Assembly (NCBI GenBank): GCA_020051015.1
Contig: JAGVJQ010000024.1
Coordinates: 1 to 61,537 of the forward strand
Direction of reading: 5' to 3'
DNA from: Gammaproteobacteria bacterium
GTDB lineage: Bacteria; Pseudomonadota; Gammaproteobacteria; UBA1113
DNA: 61,537 nucleotides
Shown: one piece after another, positions 9,926 to 20,469 of the stretch
Layout of the letters: each line of letters opens with the position of its first letter
How positions within the stretch are numbered: the stretch's first letter is position 1
The notes under the pieces: generated by a model
The model's input: the letters and a program-made list of their open reading frames with translations, nothing else
Database searches by the model: none
What the model was told of the DNA's origin: nothing
Made by a program: the position numbers and the translations under genes

Positions 9926-10832
9926 TTTTTATTTCCTTTTTATGCAATGAACTTACAGATGGCGACATCATTCGTCTAGGCCGCAAAACACCATCATCTG
10001 TTAACTCAGCTATACCAATAAATTGCTCATTTTCATCATAAACTCGATAAACAGTAGGAATTCCTTGTTGACCGGGAATTCGCTGTCCTAACATTAATCT
10101 TAATGCCGAATGCAAGTCCAAGTGGAATGATGGGATATGTTGCATCGCATCTGTGATTGGTAATACAACTGGCTGGCATGTGTTTTCTAATACGTCCAAG
10201 CTTTGCATTTGTATTTCATTAAAAGGAGCCACATAGGTTCGTCTTAATGCCTGCATGTAAGCACCGCAGGTTAATGCATTACCAATGTCTTCGACTAATG
10301 AACGAATATAAGTTCCTTTACTACACACGACATCGAGTGTAATGGTATTCTCAGTAAATTCAATTAACTCTAAGCGATGAATCGTTACTAGACGTGCAGT
10401 TCGCTCAATTACATGTCCTTTACGCGCCCAATCATACAAAGGTCTACCTTGATGCTTGATAGCAGAATACATAGAAGGTACTTGTTGAATTTCACCACGA
10501 AAATTAGTTAATACTGATTCAATTAATTCGGTATTTAATGGTGGAACAAGTCGATAACCGCTGATCTCACCTTCTGCATCGCCCGTTGAGGAAACGGCAC
10601 CTAATTTTGCGACGGTGCGATAAGCTTTATCCGCATCAAGTAAGAATTGAGAAAATTTAACTGCTTCGCCTAAACAAATCGGCAACATTCCACTTGCTAA
10701 TGGATCGAGCGTGCCTGTATGTCCAGCTTTTTCAGCTTTAAATAAGCGTTTAACTCGTTGTAATGCGCGGTGGGAAGAAATTCCTGTTGGTTTATCCAAC
10801 AGAAAAATACCGCAAGAATTGTTGGACATCAT
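9888..10832 (-). CDS. truB: tRNA pseudouridine(55) synthase
   Basis: DKPTG, GHTGTLDPLASG, YSAIKHQG, CSKGTYIRSL motifs. Confidence 0.97.
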   Translation of the reverse strand: MMSNNSCGIFLLDKPTGISSHRALQRVKRLFKAEKAGHTGTLDPLASGMLPICLGEAVKFSQFLLDADKAYRTVAKLGAVSSTGDAEGEISGYRLVPPLNTELIESVLTNFRGEIQQVPSMYSAIKHQGRPLYDWARKGHVIERTARLVTIHRLELIEFTENTITLDVVCSKGTYIRSLVEDIGNALTCGAYMQALRRTYVAPFNEIQMQSLDVLENTCQPVVLPITDAMQHIPSFHLDLHSALRLMLGQRIPGQQGIPTVYRVYDENEQFIGIAELTDDGVLRPRRMMSPSVSSLHKKEIKSEYTNKDNIINI

Positions 10833-11188
10833 TCAGGTTTTTCACGTGTTACTTTGTCAATTAACGTAGCGATTCGATTCCCCCGTAATAAAGAATCATC
10901 ATAATAAAATCGCAACACCGGCATCGCACGTAATTCAACACGTTGTGCCAATTGGTAGCGTAAATAACTGGCTGCGTGATTAAGTGCTTCAATTGCTTCA
11001 GGAATTTTTTCATCGGGTTGTAACACACTAACATAAACTTTAGCATGCGCTAAATCACGGCTAACTTTGACATCAGTAACTGAAACCATACCAACACGTG
11101 GATCTTTAATTTCCTGCTGTATTAGTAGTGATAATTCGCGCTTTAGCATGTCACCAATGCGATCTAGTCTAGAAAAATCTTTAGCCAT
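10829..11188 (-). CDS. rbfA: Ribosome-binding factor A
   Basis: IKDPRVG...VSRDL.HAKVY...P.LRFYYD; synteny with infB and truB. Confidence 0.97.
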   Translation of the reverse strand: MAKDFSRLDRIGDMLKRELSLLIQQEIKDPRVGMVSVTDVKVSRDLAHAKVYVSVLQPDEKIPEAIEALNHAASYLRYQLAQRVELRAMPVLRFYYDDSLLRGNRIATLIDKVTREKPE

Positions 11189-11232
11189 TTAATTAATTCC
11201 GATACATTGATTTCAAAAAGCTTCCCTCGCCC

Positions 11233-11295
11233 GACAGCCCCCTATCCCCCACCAGTCCCTCCCCCGCGAAGCGGGGGAGGGACGCACATTATGCA
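11233..11295 (+). repeat. CCCTCYCCC-type palindromic repeat, short-loop form
   Basis: gtccctcccccgc-gaa-gcgggggagggac stem; flanks match 42027-42090. Confidence 0.75.
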
Positions 11296-11312
11296 AGCAT
11301 ACGGAAGAATAT

Positions 11313-13817
11313 TTACAGGGTTTTAGCGACTGCAACCATCTCAAATACTTCAATTTGATCGCCAACTTTAACATCATTGTAGTTTTTCACTGCGATACCG
11401 CATTCAAATCCACTACGTACTTCGCCCACATCTTCTTTAAAGCGACGCAATGATTCTAATTCACCTTCAAAAATAACAACATTATCACGCAATACACGGA
11501 TACGTTTATTACGTTTGATGAATCCTTCAGTTACCATACAACCAGCAACGGCACCGAATTTCGGCGAGCGGAATACATCACGTACTTGCGCCATACCAAT
11601 AATTTGTTCACGCATTTCTGGTGACAACATACCTTGTAACGCTTTTTTCACTTCATCAATGACATCATAAATAATGCTGTAATAATGTAGATCGACGCTT
11701 TCTGTCTCAACTAATCGTCTTGCGGAAGCATCAGCACGTACGTTAAAGCCAATCATAATAGCTTTGGAAGCAATTGCTAGGTTCACATCGGATTCAGTGA
11801 TACCGCCAACACCGCTAGCAATAATTTTTACTTGTACTTCACTCGTCGATAAACGTTGCAACGCATCGTTTAACGCTTCAACTGAACCTTGCACATCAGC
11901 TTTTAATACGATATTTAACGTATTAATCTGACCTTCACTCATACGATTAAAGATATCTTCTAATTTAGTTGCTTGCTGTTTCGCCAGTTTCACATCACGG
12001 AATTTACCTTGACGGAATAACGCAACTTCACGCGCTTTACGTTCATCAGGTACAACGATAACATCGTCCCCTGCTTGTGGCGTACCAGACAAACCTAATA
12101 CTTCAACTGGCATAGATGGGCCCGCTGAATCTACTTGTTTCCCAGTTTCATCCAACATAGCGCGTACACGACCGAATTGAACACCGGTCAAGATAATATC
12201 GCCACGATGTAAGGTACCACGTTGAATTAACAAGGTAGCGACAGGACCGCGGCCTTTGTCTAAACGTGACTCAATAACCATACCATGAGCTGGACCGGTT
12301 GCTGGCGCAGTTAATTCTAATACTTCTGCCTGCAACAAAATTGCTTCTAATAAATTATCAATACCTTCGCCTGATTTAGCCGAAATATTAACAAACATCA
12401 CATCACCACCCCATTCTTCTGGAATAACGTTGTGATTTGATAATTCTGTTTTTACACGTTCTGGATCAGCTTCTGGTTTATCAATTTTATTGACGGCAAC
12501 CACAATAGGTACTTCAGCCGCGCGAGCATGTTGAATTGCTTCTAAGGTTTGAGGCATCACACCATCATCAGCAGCAACAACTAAAACGACGATATCGGTA
12601 CATTTAGCACCACGTGCACGCATTGCGGTAAACGCCTCGTGACCTGGTGTATCAAGAAATGTTATCGAACCACGTTCAGTATCAACGTGATAAGCACCAA
12701 TGTGCTGTGTAATACCGCCAGCCTCCATACTCGTTACACGTGTGCGTCGAATATAATCCAGTAATGATGTTTTACCATGGTCTACGTGACCCATAATGGT
12801 AACCACTGGCGCACGCGTTGTTTCTTCAACTGTACTTGCTGCAGATTGGGCAATATCATCTTCAAGCTGATTTTCTTTTAATAATTTTGCTTTATGCCCC
12901 ATTTCTTCAACAATAATCGCTGCCGTGTCTTGATCAATAACTTGATTGATAGTTGCCATTGCACCTAATTTCATGAGAGAGCGAATCACTTCTGCCGCTT
13001 TCACTGACATACGCGCAGCTAATTCCGCTACAGTAATCGTTTCAGGAATACTGACTTCATGAATAACTGGCGCAGTTGGTTTTGCAAACTCCTGCTTCAA
13101 TGCGGTCACATGTTTATTCTTAGCCACTTTATGACGTGAAACTGAACGATCTTCACGTACTGGTTTTGGACGGCGCTCTGGTGTAATGACACGCGCAATG
13201 TTTTCATCAATTTCTTCTTCATCAAGAACGATGGCACGCTTGACGTCTTTCTTAGGTTTACGAGCTTCGGCTTTACGTAATTCCTCTTTTTCACGCTCAA
13301 GTTCGCGACTGGTTTTTTCTTTAGCTTTAGATGGTTTTGTCTCTGGTTTTGGCGCAACAGGAATTTCTTTTTCGACAACCCGCGCCCGTTCTGTTTCGAT
13401 GCCAGATGTAAGTTCTTCAGATATTGCGGGGCTTATTTCCGCTTCAATTTCATTGATATCTGTCAACACGTCGGTTAGTGATTCTTTATTCGCGTCGTCA
13501 GTTACGGCGCTAGATTCTGTTTCTATCGCATGTTCTTGATCAAGAATTTCTGTTTCTGGGACACCGCTTGTTGTTTCTTGCTCTAAAGTTTCTTCGATTT
13601 GTTCATCTGTTTTTGCTTCAGATTGAACATAATTACGATTCTTTTTGACAACAACTTTTACTGCAGTTTTACGCCCTTCAACTTTGAGTTCAAACTCACT
13701 TTTACGTTTTAACGTCAATTTTTTAGGGGCGCCTGCCGTTGCGCTAGATTTAGTATCAGACGAGCTTTTCAAGTGCAATTGTGACTTGTCATGTTCGCTA
13801 TTTTGTTGGTCGGTCAT
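11313..13817 (-). CDS. infB: Translation initiation factor IF-2
   Basis: [17 protein letters not shown] motifs; start MTDQQ at 13817 is preceded by a GAGAGGGG RBS. Confidence 0.98.
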   Translation of the reverse strand: MTDQQNSEHDKSQLHLKSSSDTKSSATAGAPKKLTLKRKSEFELKVEGRKTAVKVVVKKNRNYVQSEAKTDEQIEETLEQETTSGVPETEILDQEHAIETESSAVTDDANKESLTDVLTDINEIEAEISPAISEELTSGIETERARVVEKEIPVAPKPETKPSKAKEKTSRELEREKEELRKAEARKPKKDVKRAIVLDEEEIDENIARVITPERRPKPVREDRSVSRHKVAKNKHVTALKQEFAKPTAPVIHEVSIPETITVAELAARMSVKAAEVIRSLMKLGAMATINQVIDQDTAAIIVEEMGHKAKLLKENQLEDDIAQSAASTVEETTRAPVVTIMGHVDHGKTSLLDYIRRTRVTSMEAGGITQHIGAYHVDTERGSITFLDTPGHEAFTAMRARGAKCTDIVVLVVAADDGVMPQTLEAIQHARAAEVPIVVAVNKIDKPEADPERVKTELSNHNVIPEEWGGDVMFVNISAKSGEGIDNLLEAILLQAEVLELTAPATGPAHGMVIESRLDKGRGPVATLLIQRGTLHRGDIILTGVQFGRVRAMLDETGKQVDSAGPSMPVEVLGLSGTPQAGDDVIVVPDERKAREVALFRQGKFRDVKLAKQQATKLEDIFNRMSEGQINTLNIVLKADVQGSVEALNDALQRLSTSEVQVKIIASGVGGITESDVNLAIASKAIMIGFNVRADASARRLVETESVDLHYYSIIYDVIDEVKKALQGMLSPEMREQIIGMAQVRDVFRSPKFGAVAGCMVTEGFIKRNKRIRVLRDNVVIFEGELESLRRFKEDVGEVRSGFECGIAVKNYNDVKVGDQIEVFEMVAVAKTL

Positions 13818-13928
13818 ATGGTTGACTGCCCCTCTCAAGTTAACTAAGTTCATTAAATTTCTTTCGAAATTTTTACTATGGTAATCCATTGCTTGGGAGC
13901 AAAAACCACCAGGTTCTTGCTCCGATGT

Positions 13929-13954
13929 GTCTTAAATTACTAGTAATTTAAGAC
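13929..13954. other. Perfect 26-bp palindrome in the nusA-infB spacer
   Basis: gtcttaaattact|agtaatttaagac. Confidence 0.85.
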
Positions 13955-14010
13955 TTCTATTACTACTTTCAACAACTGTGATAAATCACGTTGTTATAGA
14001 AAATTTTTAT

Positions 14011-15474
14011 TTAATTAAACCAAGGCTCACGTGCTGTCATAATCAGCTTAGCGGCGGTTTCTTTATCCAAACCTTCCACATCCAGTAAATCGTCAACAGC
14101 CTGCTCTGCTAGATCTTCCATGCTAATGATACCATGACTGGCTAATTTCATAGCAAGTTCTGTTGTCATTCCTTCCATATTGAGCAAATCTTCGGCTGGT
14201 TGTGGCTGCGCTGGACTTGGACGTTGCGCTAATACTTCCTGCGCGCGGTTACGCAATTCTTCAGCAAGCTCTTCATCAAATCCTTCGATAGCCAATAATT
14301 CTGAAACAGGTACATACGCAATTTCTTCAATTGATGAAAAACCTTCTTCAATTAAAATATTTGCAAAATCTTCATCAACGCCTAATTCGTTAACAAATAA
14401 ATTCAATAGTGTTTCCGCTTCTTGGGCTGATTTTTCTTGCGCTTCTTCCAGTGACATAACATTCAAATTCCAGCCAGTTAACTCACTGGCCAATTTAACA
14501 TTTTGTCCATTTCGACCAATTGCCTGGGATAAATGTTCTTGCTTAACAGCGATGTCAATTGAATGACTTTCTTCATCAACAACAATGGACTCTACTTCTG
14601 CTGGGGCCATGGAGTTAACGACTAATTGCGCTGGGTTTTCATCCCATAAAATAATATCAATACGTTCGCCACCCAATTCACCAGAAACGGCTTGTACACG
14701 TGAGCCACGCATACCTACACAGGCTCCGATAGGGTCAATACGTCCATCATTGGTTTTCACTGCGATTTTCGCCCGCACACCTGGATCGCGAGCTGAGGCT
14801 TTAACTTGAATAACGTCTTCGCCAATTTCAGGAACTTCCAAACGGAATAATTCAACCAACATATTTTTATCTGTGCGGCTAACAAAAACTTGTGGGCCAC
14901 GTGGCTCGTAGTGTACATCGTATATATAAACTCGAGCACGATCATTGGCTCGATAAATATCAGATGGTAGCATTTGTTCACGATATAAAATTGCTTCCAC
15001 ATTATCGCCAAGATCTAACAAAATCATTTCACGAGTAACTTTCTTTACGACGCCAGTAACAATAGTGCCAACTCGGGTTTTAAATTGATTAACCATTTGA
15101 CGACGTTCAGCATCACGCATTGCTTGCATAATAATGCCTTTAGCAGTTTGTGCATCAATACGGCCAAACTCAATTGCTTCCATTGGTTCTTCGATCGTAT
15201 CTTCAAGCTCTGCATTTGCTTTAATTTTACGAGCATCGCTTAAGCGGATTTGAGCTGCATCAGGTTCTAAATCATCTTCTATAACAGAATAGCATCGAAA
15301 ACTGCTAATTTTGCCGGTATTCTGATTGATTTCAACACGAATAGCGACTTCTTCTTCAAAACGTTTTTTAGTCGCCGCTGCTAAAGCAACTTCTAATGCT
15401 TCAAATACGTTCTGTTGCAAAATACCTTTGGCATTTGCCAGGGATTCGATTAAAGGTAATATGTCTTTACTCAT
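14011..15474 (-). CDS. nusA: Transcription termination factor NusA
   Basis: FGRIDAQTAK, ARDPG.RAKIAV, GACVGMRGSRV, AIGRNGQNV motifs; acidic C-terminal repeats. Confidence 0.98.
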   Translation of the reverse strand: MSKDILPLIESLANAKGILQQNVFEALEVALAAATKKRFEEEVAIRVEINQNTGKISSFRCYSVIEDDLEPDAAQIRLSDARKIKANAELEDTIEEPMEAIEFGRIDAQTAKGIIMQAMRDAERRQMVNQFKTRVGTIVTGVVKKVTREMILLDLGDNVEAILYREQMLPSDIYRANDRARVYIYDVHYEPRGPQVFVSRTDKNMLVELFRLEVPEIGEDVIQVKASARDPGVRAKIAVKTNDGRIDPIGACVGMRGSRVQAVSGELGGERIDIILWDENPAQLVVNSMAPAEVESIVVDEESHSIDIAVKQEHLSQAIGRNGQNVKLASELTGWNLNVMSLEEAQEKSAQEAETLLNLFVNELGVDEDFANILIEEGFSSIEEIAYVPVSELLAIEGFDEELAEELRNRAQEVLAQRPSPAQPQPAEDLLNMEGMTTELAMKLASHGIISMEDLAEQAVDDLLDVEGLDKETAAKLIMTAREPWFN

Positions 15475-15956
15475 GTTTGCCGCCCCACCTTTTTCAATTC
15501 TGGAAATTCTAACTCTACATGCGCTTTATCAATATCATGATAGGGTAATTCCATCACAATATTATCAACTAATAATGTAATACTTTCTGCATCCGCTGCT
15601 TGTAGCACGCCAGTCAAATTACGTCTACCTTCGCGTGGTGCATGTAACTTTAACTTAATTTTCTTGCCGATTACCCGTTGATAGTGCATAGGCTTAAATA
15701 AAGGACGCTCTAAACCTGGAGAGGAAACCTCCAGCGTATAATGTCCTTGTATTGGATCTTCCACATCCAGCAGACTATTCACATGACGTGTTACTTTCGT
15801 ACAATCCTCAACAGTCACACCACCCGGCTTATCGACATAAATTCGCAATAGTGTACCACGTCCATGCTGCATCAGCACACAACCAACAAATTCATAGCCC
15901 ATACCGCTAATTTCAGTATCTAGCAGTGCTTCTAGTTGCGCCTGTTTCGTTGTCAT
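15471..15956 (-). CDS. rimP: Ribosome maturation factor RimP
   Basis: LRIYVD...DC, LDVEDPI...YTLEVSSPGLERPL. Confidence 0.97.
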   Translation of the reverse strand: MTTKQAQLEALLDTEISGMGYEFVGCVLMQHGRGTLLRIYVDKPGGVTVEDCTKVTRHVNSLLDVEDPIQGHYTLEVSSPGLERPLFKPMHYQRVIGKKIKLKLHAPREGRRNLTGVLQAADAESITLLVDNIVMELPYHDIDKAHVELEFPELKKVGRQT

Positions 15957-16005
15957 ACACCCCTCACGGATAATATCATTCCCTCAAAACATGAGTTTTG
16001 AGTAT

Positions 16006-16032
16006 AAAAAATGGGCATATAGCCCATTTTTT
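16006..16032 (-). terminator. Intrinsic terminator-like hairpin 2 downstream of the tRNA
   Basis: aaaaaatgggc-atata-gcccatttttt. Confidence 0.7.
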
Positions 16033-16040
16033 GTCGATAC

Positions 16041-16067
16041 AAAAAACCCCTTGAACAGGGGTTTTTT
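16041..16067 (-). terminator. Intrinsic terminator-like hairpin 1 downstream of the tRNA
   Basis: aaaaaacccc-ttgaaca-ggggtttttt. Confidence 0.75.
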
Positions 16068-16084
16068 CGTATTATTTATAAATT

Positions 16085-16161
<77 letters not shown>

Positions 16162-16174
16162 TCAACAGGCACAT

Positions 16175-16203
16175 AGTATAGGTCATCGCAATGAATAAAG
16201 CAA
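16175..16203 (-). promoter_or_regulatory. Sigma-70 promoter of the tRNA-rimP-nusA-infB operon
   Basis: Minus strand TTGCTT-N17-TATACT, 13 nt before the tRNA. Confidence 0.7.
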
Positions 16204-16447
16204 GTTTGTTTTCATGTATTTATTTTGTAGCAAAGCTGGGGTGACTTTCTTTGGTTGATTAAGCTTGTTACAATTGTTCTTTATAATTTAGTGAAAACCT
16301 GTCTTAAAATTAAACCGCTCCAATAACTAATTAAAGAATATTATTTTTTAAAAATAGGGGCTATTATACCGCATGGCCAGCTATACCCATTGCATCATGT
16401 TTATATTAGAGAATTGAAGAAGCAAGATTTCACAGAGGAAATATATC

Positions 16448-18049
16448 ATGGCAAAAAATGGCAGTTTGAATATTAGTCTCCTTATGCACTTCACAAATTG
16501 TAAAAATTCAAAGCTGCTTGCCCAGCTTAATAGCATTTTAACCGCCCCCTACAACAAAGATAAAATAATTAACGCACAAGACTGGATAATCAAAAACAAG
16601 GATTCTTTGTCATCAATCTTTGAACGAAATCGAACAAACATTACTATCCCAGAAAATAATGCTGATCCGAGTTTCATGACAGAAGTTCCAGGCTTACTCC
16701 AACTTGCCTATAGGGCGCTTGGTAATGATAGTATTGAGCTCTGGGACATTTTCTTTAATCATTATTTTTCGACAGATTCATCGGAACTTATTGAATCAAA
16801 ACAAGTTTTCTGGGATGTTTTAAAAAAATTCATGCATTCTGGCCATCATACTGATGATTTCCTACAACGATTAAACCGCATAAATTTTTTAGAACGTATG
16901 CCTGAGGATGTATTAACTGAACATTGTCTTTATTATCTTAATAATCAAACAAGAGCAGGAATTATTCCTAATATTTATAAAAATGAATCGTTAAAAAAGA
17001 AAATTAAACAATTTATTGAAAAAGATTCCACGGCGAAGGACAAAATGAATAGTCTCCTTCTACCCCCAGTGCACACTGACAAGTCTAAATCTAAATTGAA
17101 CAAGCAAAAAAGGGAATTAATTCAATTCTTCAATCCTGCCGCTCGTTATAGACTAGCTCCAGTTAGACCACCAGCAAAATTAGTGCAAAGAGCAATGAAT
17201 ATACAATTTAGCCAATGGGCACCACCACGTTCCACAGACTCAATAACGATTGACAAATTAATCAATAATGCACCTCCAATAAGTGAACCTTCAACAAGTT
17301 CATCTCGACGCATAGAAAAGCAACCTAAACCAAAGCAACATATCCCATATACAGCAGATTATCCTCGCATTACCCCCACAAAGGCAGCCGCTCTTGCGCG
17401 ACATCCCTCTCAGATGGTTTTTTGGCAATGTTCACCCGATGATGAAACAGTCATACCAGAACCCGTAGACTCACAACCTGAAGTAGCTCTCCATCACGCC
17501 AATAATGATTTGCAAACAACCTCTTTTCCTCAAGAAAATGAAGCAGCTTCAATTGTTCCCCCATCATACCCACACTATCCAGATAACTTCGCGCATTTTC
17601 GAGAACACGTCGCAACAACAAGTTATGCTCAAAGAGCAGTCACTACTGCCGATGATCCTTTTACGATATATCCACTAGGGCTTCCTCATGTTCCTCAACC
17701 AACAACATACCCCCAAGAACAACCTGTCGTAACGACGCCGCATACTCAAGCAATGTACTCATCATCTCACCAGAGTGCTTCATTTTATTCTGCAGCAGCA
17801 CCGATGGAGCCATCAGACCCGGAAGTAAGAATCTCGTTACGCATGTTGCCTTTTTTGGTGACATTATCTGCATATATGCAGCAAATACCGCCAGTCCCTC
17901 AATATGGAGCGCCCCCGCCATCGCAAGGATCTCCTTATAATTATGGAGGTATGTACCACTCATCTCCTGCTATGGATGAAGGACCAAGAGGTAATCATAG
18001 TAAGGGAATGCCACCCCCTCTAAGTGGTTATCGGCCTTTTAGACAATAA
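16448..18049 (+). CDS. Hypothetical protein with Pro/Ser/Gln/Tyr-rich C-terminal half (candidate secreted effector)
   Basis: 533-aa ORF with GAGGA RBS; no recognisable family. Confidence 0.7.
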   Translation: MAKNGSLNISLLMHFTNCKNSKLLAQLNSILTAPYNKDKIINAQDWIIKNKDSLSSIFERNRTNITIPENNADPSFMTEVPGLLQLAYRALGNDSIELWDIFFNHYFSTDSSELIESKQVFWDVLKKFMHSGHHTDDFLQRLNRINFLERMPEDVLTEHCLYYLNNQTRAGIIPNIYKNESLKKKIKQFIEKDSTAKDKMNSLLLPPVHTDKSKSKLNKQKRELIQFFNPAARYRLAPVRPPAKLVQRAMNIQFSQWAPPRSTDSITIDKLINNAPPISEPSTSSSRRIEKQPKPKQHIPYTADYPRITPTKAAALARHPSQMVFWQCSPDDETVIPEPVDSQPEVALHHANNDLQTTSFPQENEAASIVPPSYPHYPDNFAHFREHVATTSYAQRAVTTADDPFTIYPLGLPHVPQPTTYPQEQPVVTTPHTQAMYSSSHQSASFYSAAAPMEPSDPEVRISLRMLPFLVTLSAYMQQIPPVPQYGAPPPSQGSPYNYGGMYHSSPAMDEGPRGNHSKGMPPPLSGYRPFRQ

Positions 18050-18097
18050 GGCATGTTGAAGCAATGGTGCTTATTTTAAATATTTTGCGATGTTGGA

Positions 18098-18131
18098 AGA
18101 TGGGCGTATGCAATACGCCCCTACGAAAGAT
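18098..18131 (-). repeat. REP-C singlet
   Basis: 34 nt identical to 43224-43257. Confidence 0.85.
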
Positions 18132-18179
18132 TGGTGATAAATTAACGTTTGTGGATCACATTTTCCCAACTAACAAATT

Positions 18180-18779
18180 TTAACTCGCACTCACCACAAA
18201 CTGTGTTAATTGCTGTAAAAAGATAGTCGTAGCTTGATTCGCTGCTTGCACGCCACCATAAGGGGTATTACTTGGCGCTGGGACGGTGATAATAAAACGT
18301 TTACCCGCCACAATACGTTGAGTTGCAGTTTGCACTAACCGTGCATCAACAGTTAATTCAATTTGGCTAGGTTTCGTTAAAAAATCCTGCTGCAAAGATA
18401 AAACCGTGGTATCCAATCGCCAATCCGTTGCGCCACTAAACGGCGCACCAGTTACTGCGGCAAAATGGTGACTATCTTGTAATGTCTGCACCATTAATGG
18501 TTGCAACATGGATGCCGGATCATCTACCCATTGGTTTTTGGTAAAATAACCTAATTGATATTGATGTTGAACATAAGCCATTTTTTCTGTGTCATAACCA
18601 GCTGCATTTTGTGGTAACGATACTAGCAATGTTTGAGCAACAGGTTTATTGACTGGTGCAACTACCGGCATGGTTGGCGCAAGCTGATAAGTACTAGGAT
18701 TGGGTAATTTAACGGGTGAGCAACCTGCCATTAACAAAACAGCTGCAGCCAATGTTAAGATTTTTCCTATAATTCTCAT
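18180..18779 (-). CDS. ABC-type transport auxiliary lipoprotein (PqiC-like)
   Basis: Lipobox LMAGC; NQWVDDPASML motif; follows the MCE gene. Confidence 0.85.
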   Translation of the reverse strand: MRIIGKILTLAAAVLLMAGCSPVKLPNPSTYQLAPTMPVVAPVNKPVAQTLLVSLPQNAAGYDTEKMAYVQHQYQLGYFTKNQWVDDPASMLQPLMVQTLQDSHHFAAVTGAPFSGATDWRLDTTVLSLQQDFLTKPSQIELTVDARLVQTATQRIVAGKRFIITVPAPSNTPYGGVQAANQATTIFLQQLTQFVVSAS

Positions 18780-18781
18780 AC

Positions 18782-19684
18782 TTATTCTCCTGGCCCGGCA
18801 GGCGCTGGCACTTTACCACGAATGATCACAGAGGGATCGTCTGACATTTGCTGACTGACACTTTTCACATTACCGATAATATCTTGAATATTTGTCATCG
18901 AGCTAATAATTTGCGGCATCAATTGATTGTTAACTGTTTGCATCGCCGTCGCACCATTACTCAATAGAATATTCGCTTTACTAGCACTGGCCGCTAATTG
19001 ATTTGAGCTTTGCTTGATACTAGTTAAAACTGAAGGTAATTCTTCGCTTGCCGTGGCGGTATTTTTTAGCGTTATTTGTGCATTATCGATGATTTGATCG
19101 AGCTTCACACTATTACGATGTAAATCATCAGAAATCGATGAAAAATTTTGTAAGGTATTTTTTACCGCTTGTGCATTTTCTGGATTTAAAAAATCTTTTA
19201 AACTGCTACTGATATCTCTAATATTCGTTGTAAGATTGTCTAACGCCGAATCCAAACGAAATAACAATGATGGCGCCGAACCAATTTCTGGATATTTCTT
19301 ACCTTTTTTGGCAACCAATAATCCTTGACTGACAACGCCACCTTTTAATTCCAGGTAAGCAATACCGGTCAGTCCTTGCGTTTCAAGAATAGCTTTCGTG
19401 CCATTATAAATAGGGGTTCCATCTTGAATAGAAAGTAATAGTCTTACTTTTTGTGGATCTTTTCTATAAAGATCAATTTCATTGACGTAACCAATTTCTA
19501 CACCGTTATATTTTACCGGCGCTTTAATACTTAATCCTGAAACGGATTCATGCATGTAAACAACATAGGTGTTATAAGATTTACCACTTAATCCAACAGA
19601 CAGCCAAAGGCCACCGATAATTAAAATCACGGTAAAAATAATTACAAATAAACCGACACGTGTATAATGTGCTGTTGTTTCCAT
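18782..19684 (-). CDS. MlaD/MCE family protein
   Basis: N-terminal TM; SVSGL...APVKYNGVEIG.V; QGLTGIAYLEL; helical tail. Confidence 0.9.
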   Translation of the reverse strand: METTAHYTRVGLFVIIFTVILIIGGLWLSVGLSGKSYNTYVVYMHESVSGLSIKAPVKYNGVEIGYVNEIDLYRKDPQKVRLLLSIQDGTPIYNGTKAILETQGLTGIAYLELKGGVVSQGLLVAKKGKKYPEIGSAPSLLFRLDSALDNLTTNIRDISSSLKDFLNPENAQAVKNTLQNFSSISDDLHRNSVKLDQIIDNAQITLKNTATASEELPSVLTSIKQSSNQLAASASKANILLSNGATAMQTVNNQLMPQIISSMTNIQDIIGNVKSVSQQMSDDPSVIIRGKVPAPAGPGE

Positions 19685-19690
19685 AATATC

Positions 19691-20467
19691 CTACGTTCTC
19701 GTTTCACTTTGCATAGCGGCTCGTGCGCGCGGGCTGCTAAAATATTCTTGAATCAATGGCTCTGGGTTTTTCACTAACTCTTTCACCGGTTGGACAGCTA
19801 AAACCTTTTTATTGCCTAAAAAAGCAACTCTATCTGGCACCCGCCATAAGGTATCCATATCGTGGGTAATAATCACCACGGTTAATCCTAAGCTAGCCCT
19901 CAGTTGTATCACGAGTTCATCAAATTCGCTAGCACTTTCCGGATCGAGCCCGGCAGTTGGTTCATCGACAAATAATAACTCTGGGTCCATCGCGATCGAC
20001 CGTGCTACAGCAGCACGTTTAATCATCCCGCCACTCAATTCAGCTGGAAATAAGTGGGCAGAATGTGGTGGTAAATTAGCTAAATTAATTTTTAGCATCC
20101 CTATCGCTTCAATCTCGGCTTGCGATAAATGCGTAAACTCTCGTAATGGAAAACAAACATTTTCCAATACCGTCAGCCCACTAAATAACGCGCCACTTTG
20201 AAACATCACCCCCCAACGCTGCCGCAAAATATTATCATTGGTAGTATGTGTTCCAACAATTTCCTGGCCAAATATTTTAATCGAGCCCGCAAATGGTGGC
20301 TGTAACATGACCATTTCACGCAACAAGGTAGTTTTACCCGAACCACTACCACCAACAATAGCTAAAATTTCACCACGTTTTACTTGCAATGACAAATGTT
20401 CGTGAACAATATTGCTGCCAAATCGCGTACCTAAATCTTGAATATCAATAACAATATCATCGGTCAT
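19691..20467 (-). CDS. MlaF-like ABC transporter ATPase
   Basis: GGSGSGKT, FQSGALF, ELSGGM.KR, DEPTAGLDP motifs. Confidence 0.92.
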   Translation of the reverse strand: MTDDIVIDIQDLGTRFGSNIVHEHLSLQVKRGEILAIVGGSGSGKTTLLREMVMLQPPFAGSIKIFGQEIVGTHTTNDNILRQRWGVMFQSGALFSGLTVLENVCFPLREFTHLSQAEIEAIGMLKINLANLPPHSAHLFPAELSGGMIKRAAVARSIAMDPELLFVDEPTAGLDPESASEFDELVIQLRASLGLTVVIITHDMDTLWRVPDRVAFLGNKKVLAVQPVKELVKNPEPLIQEYFSSPRARAAMQSETRT

Positions 20468-20469
20468 GC

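Noticed and set aside
13818-13889. 24-aa N-terminal extension of IF-2 in the ORF track
   Set aside because: The RBS-like GAGAGGGG precedes the ATG at 13817, and the extension has no IF-2 similarity.
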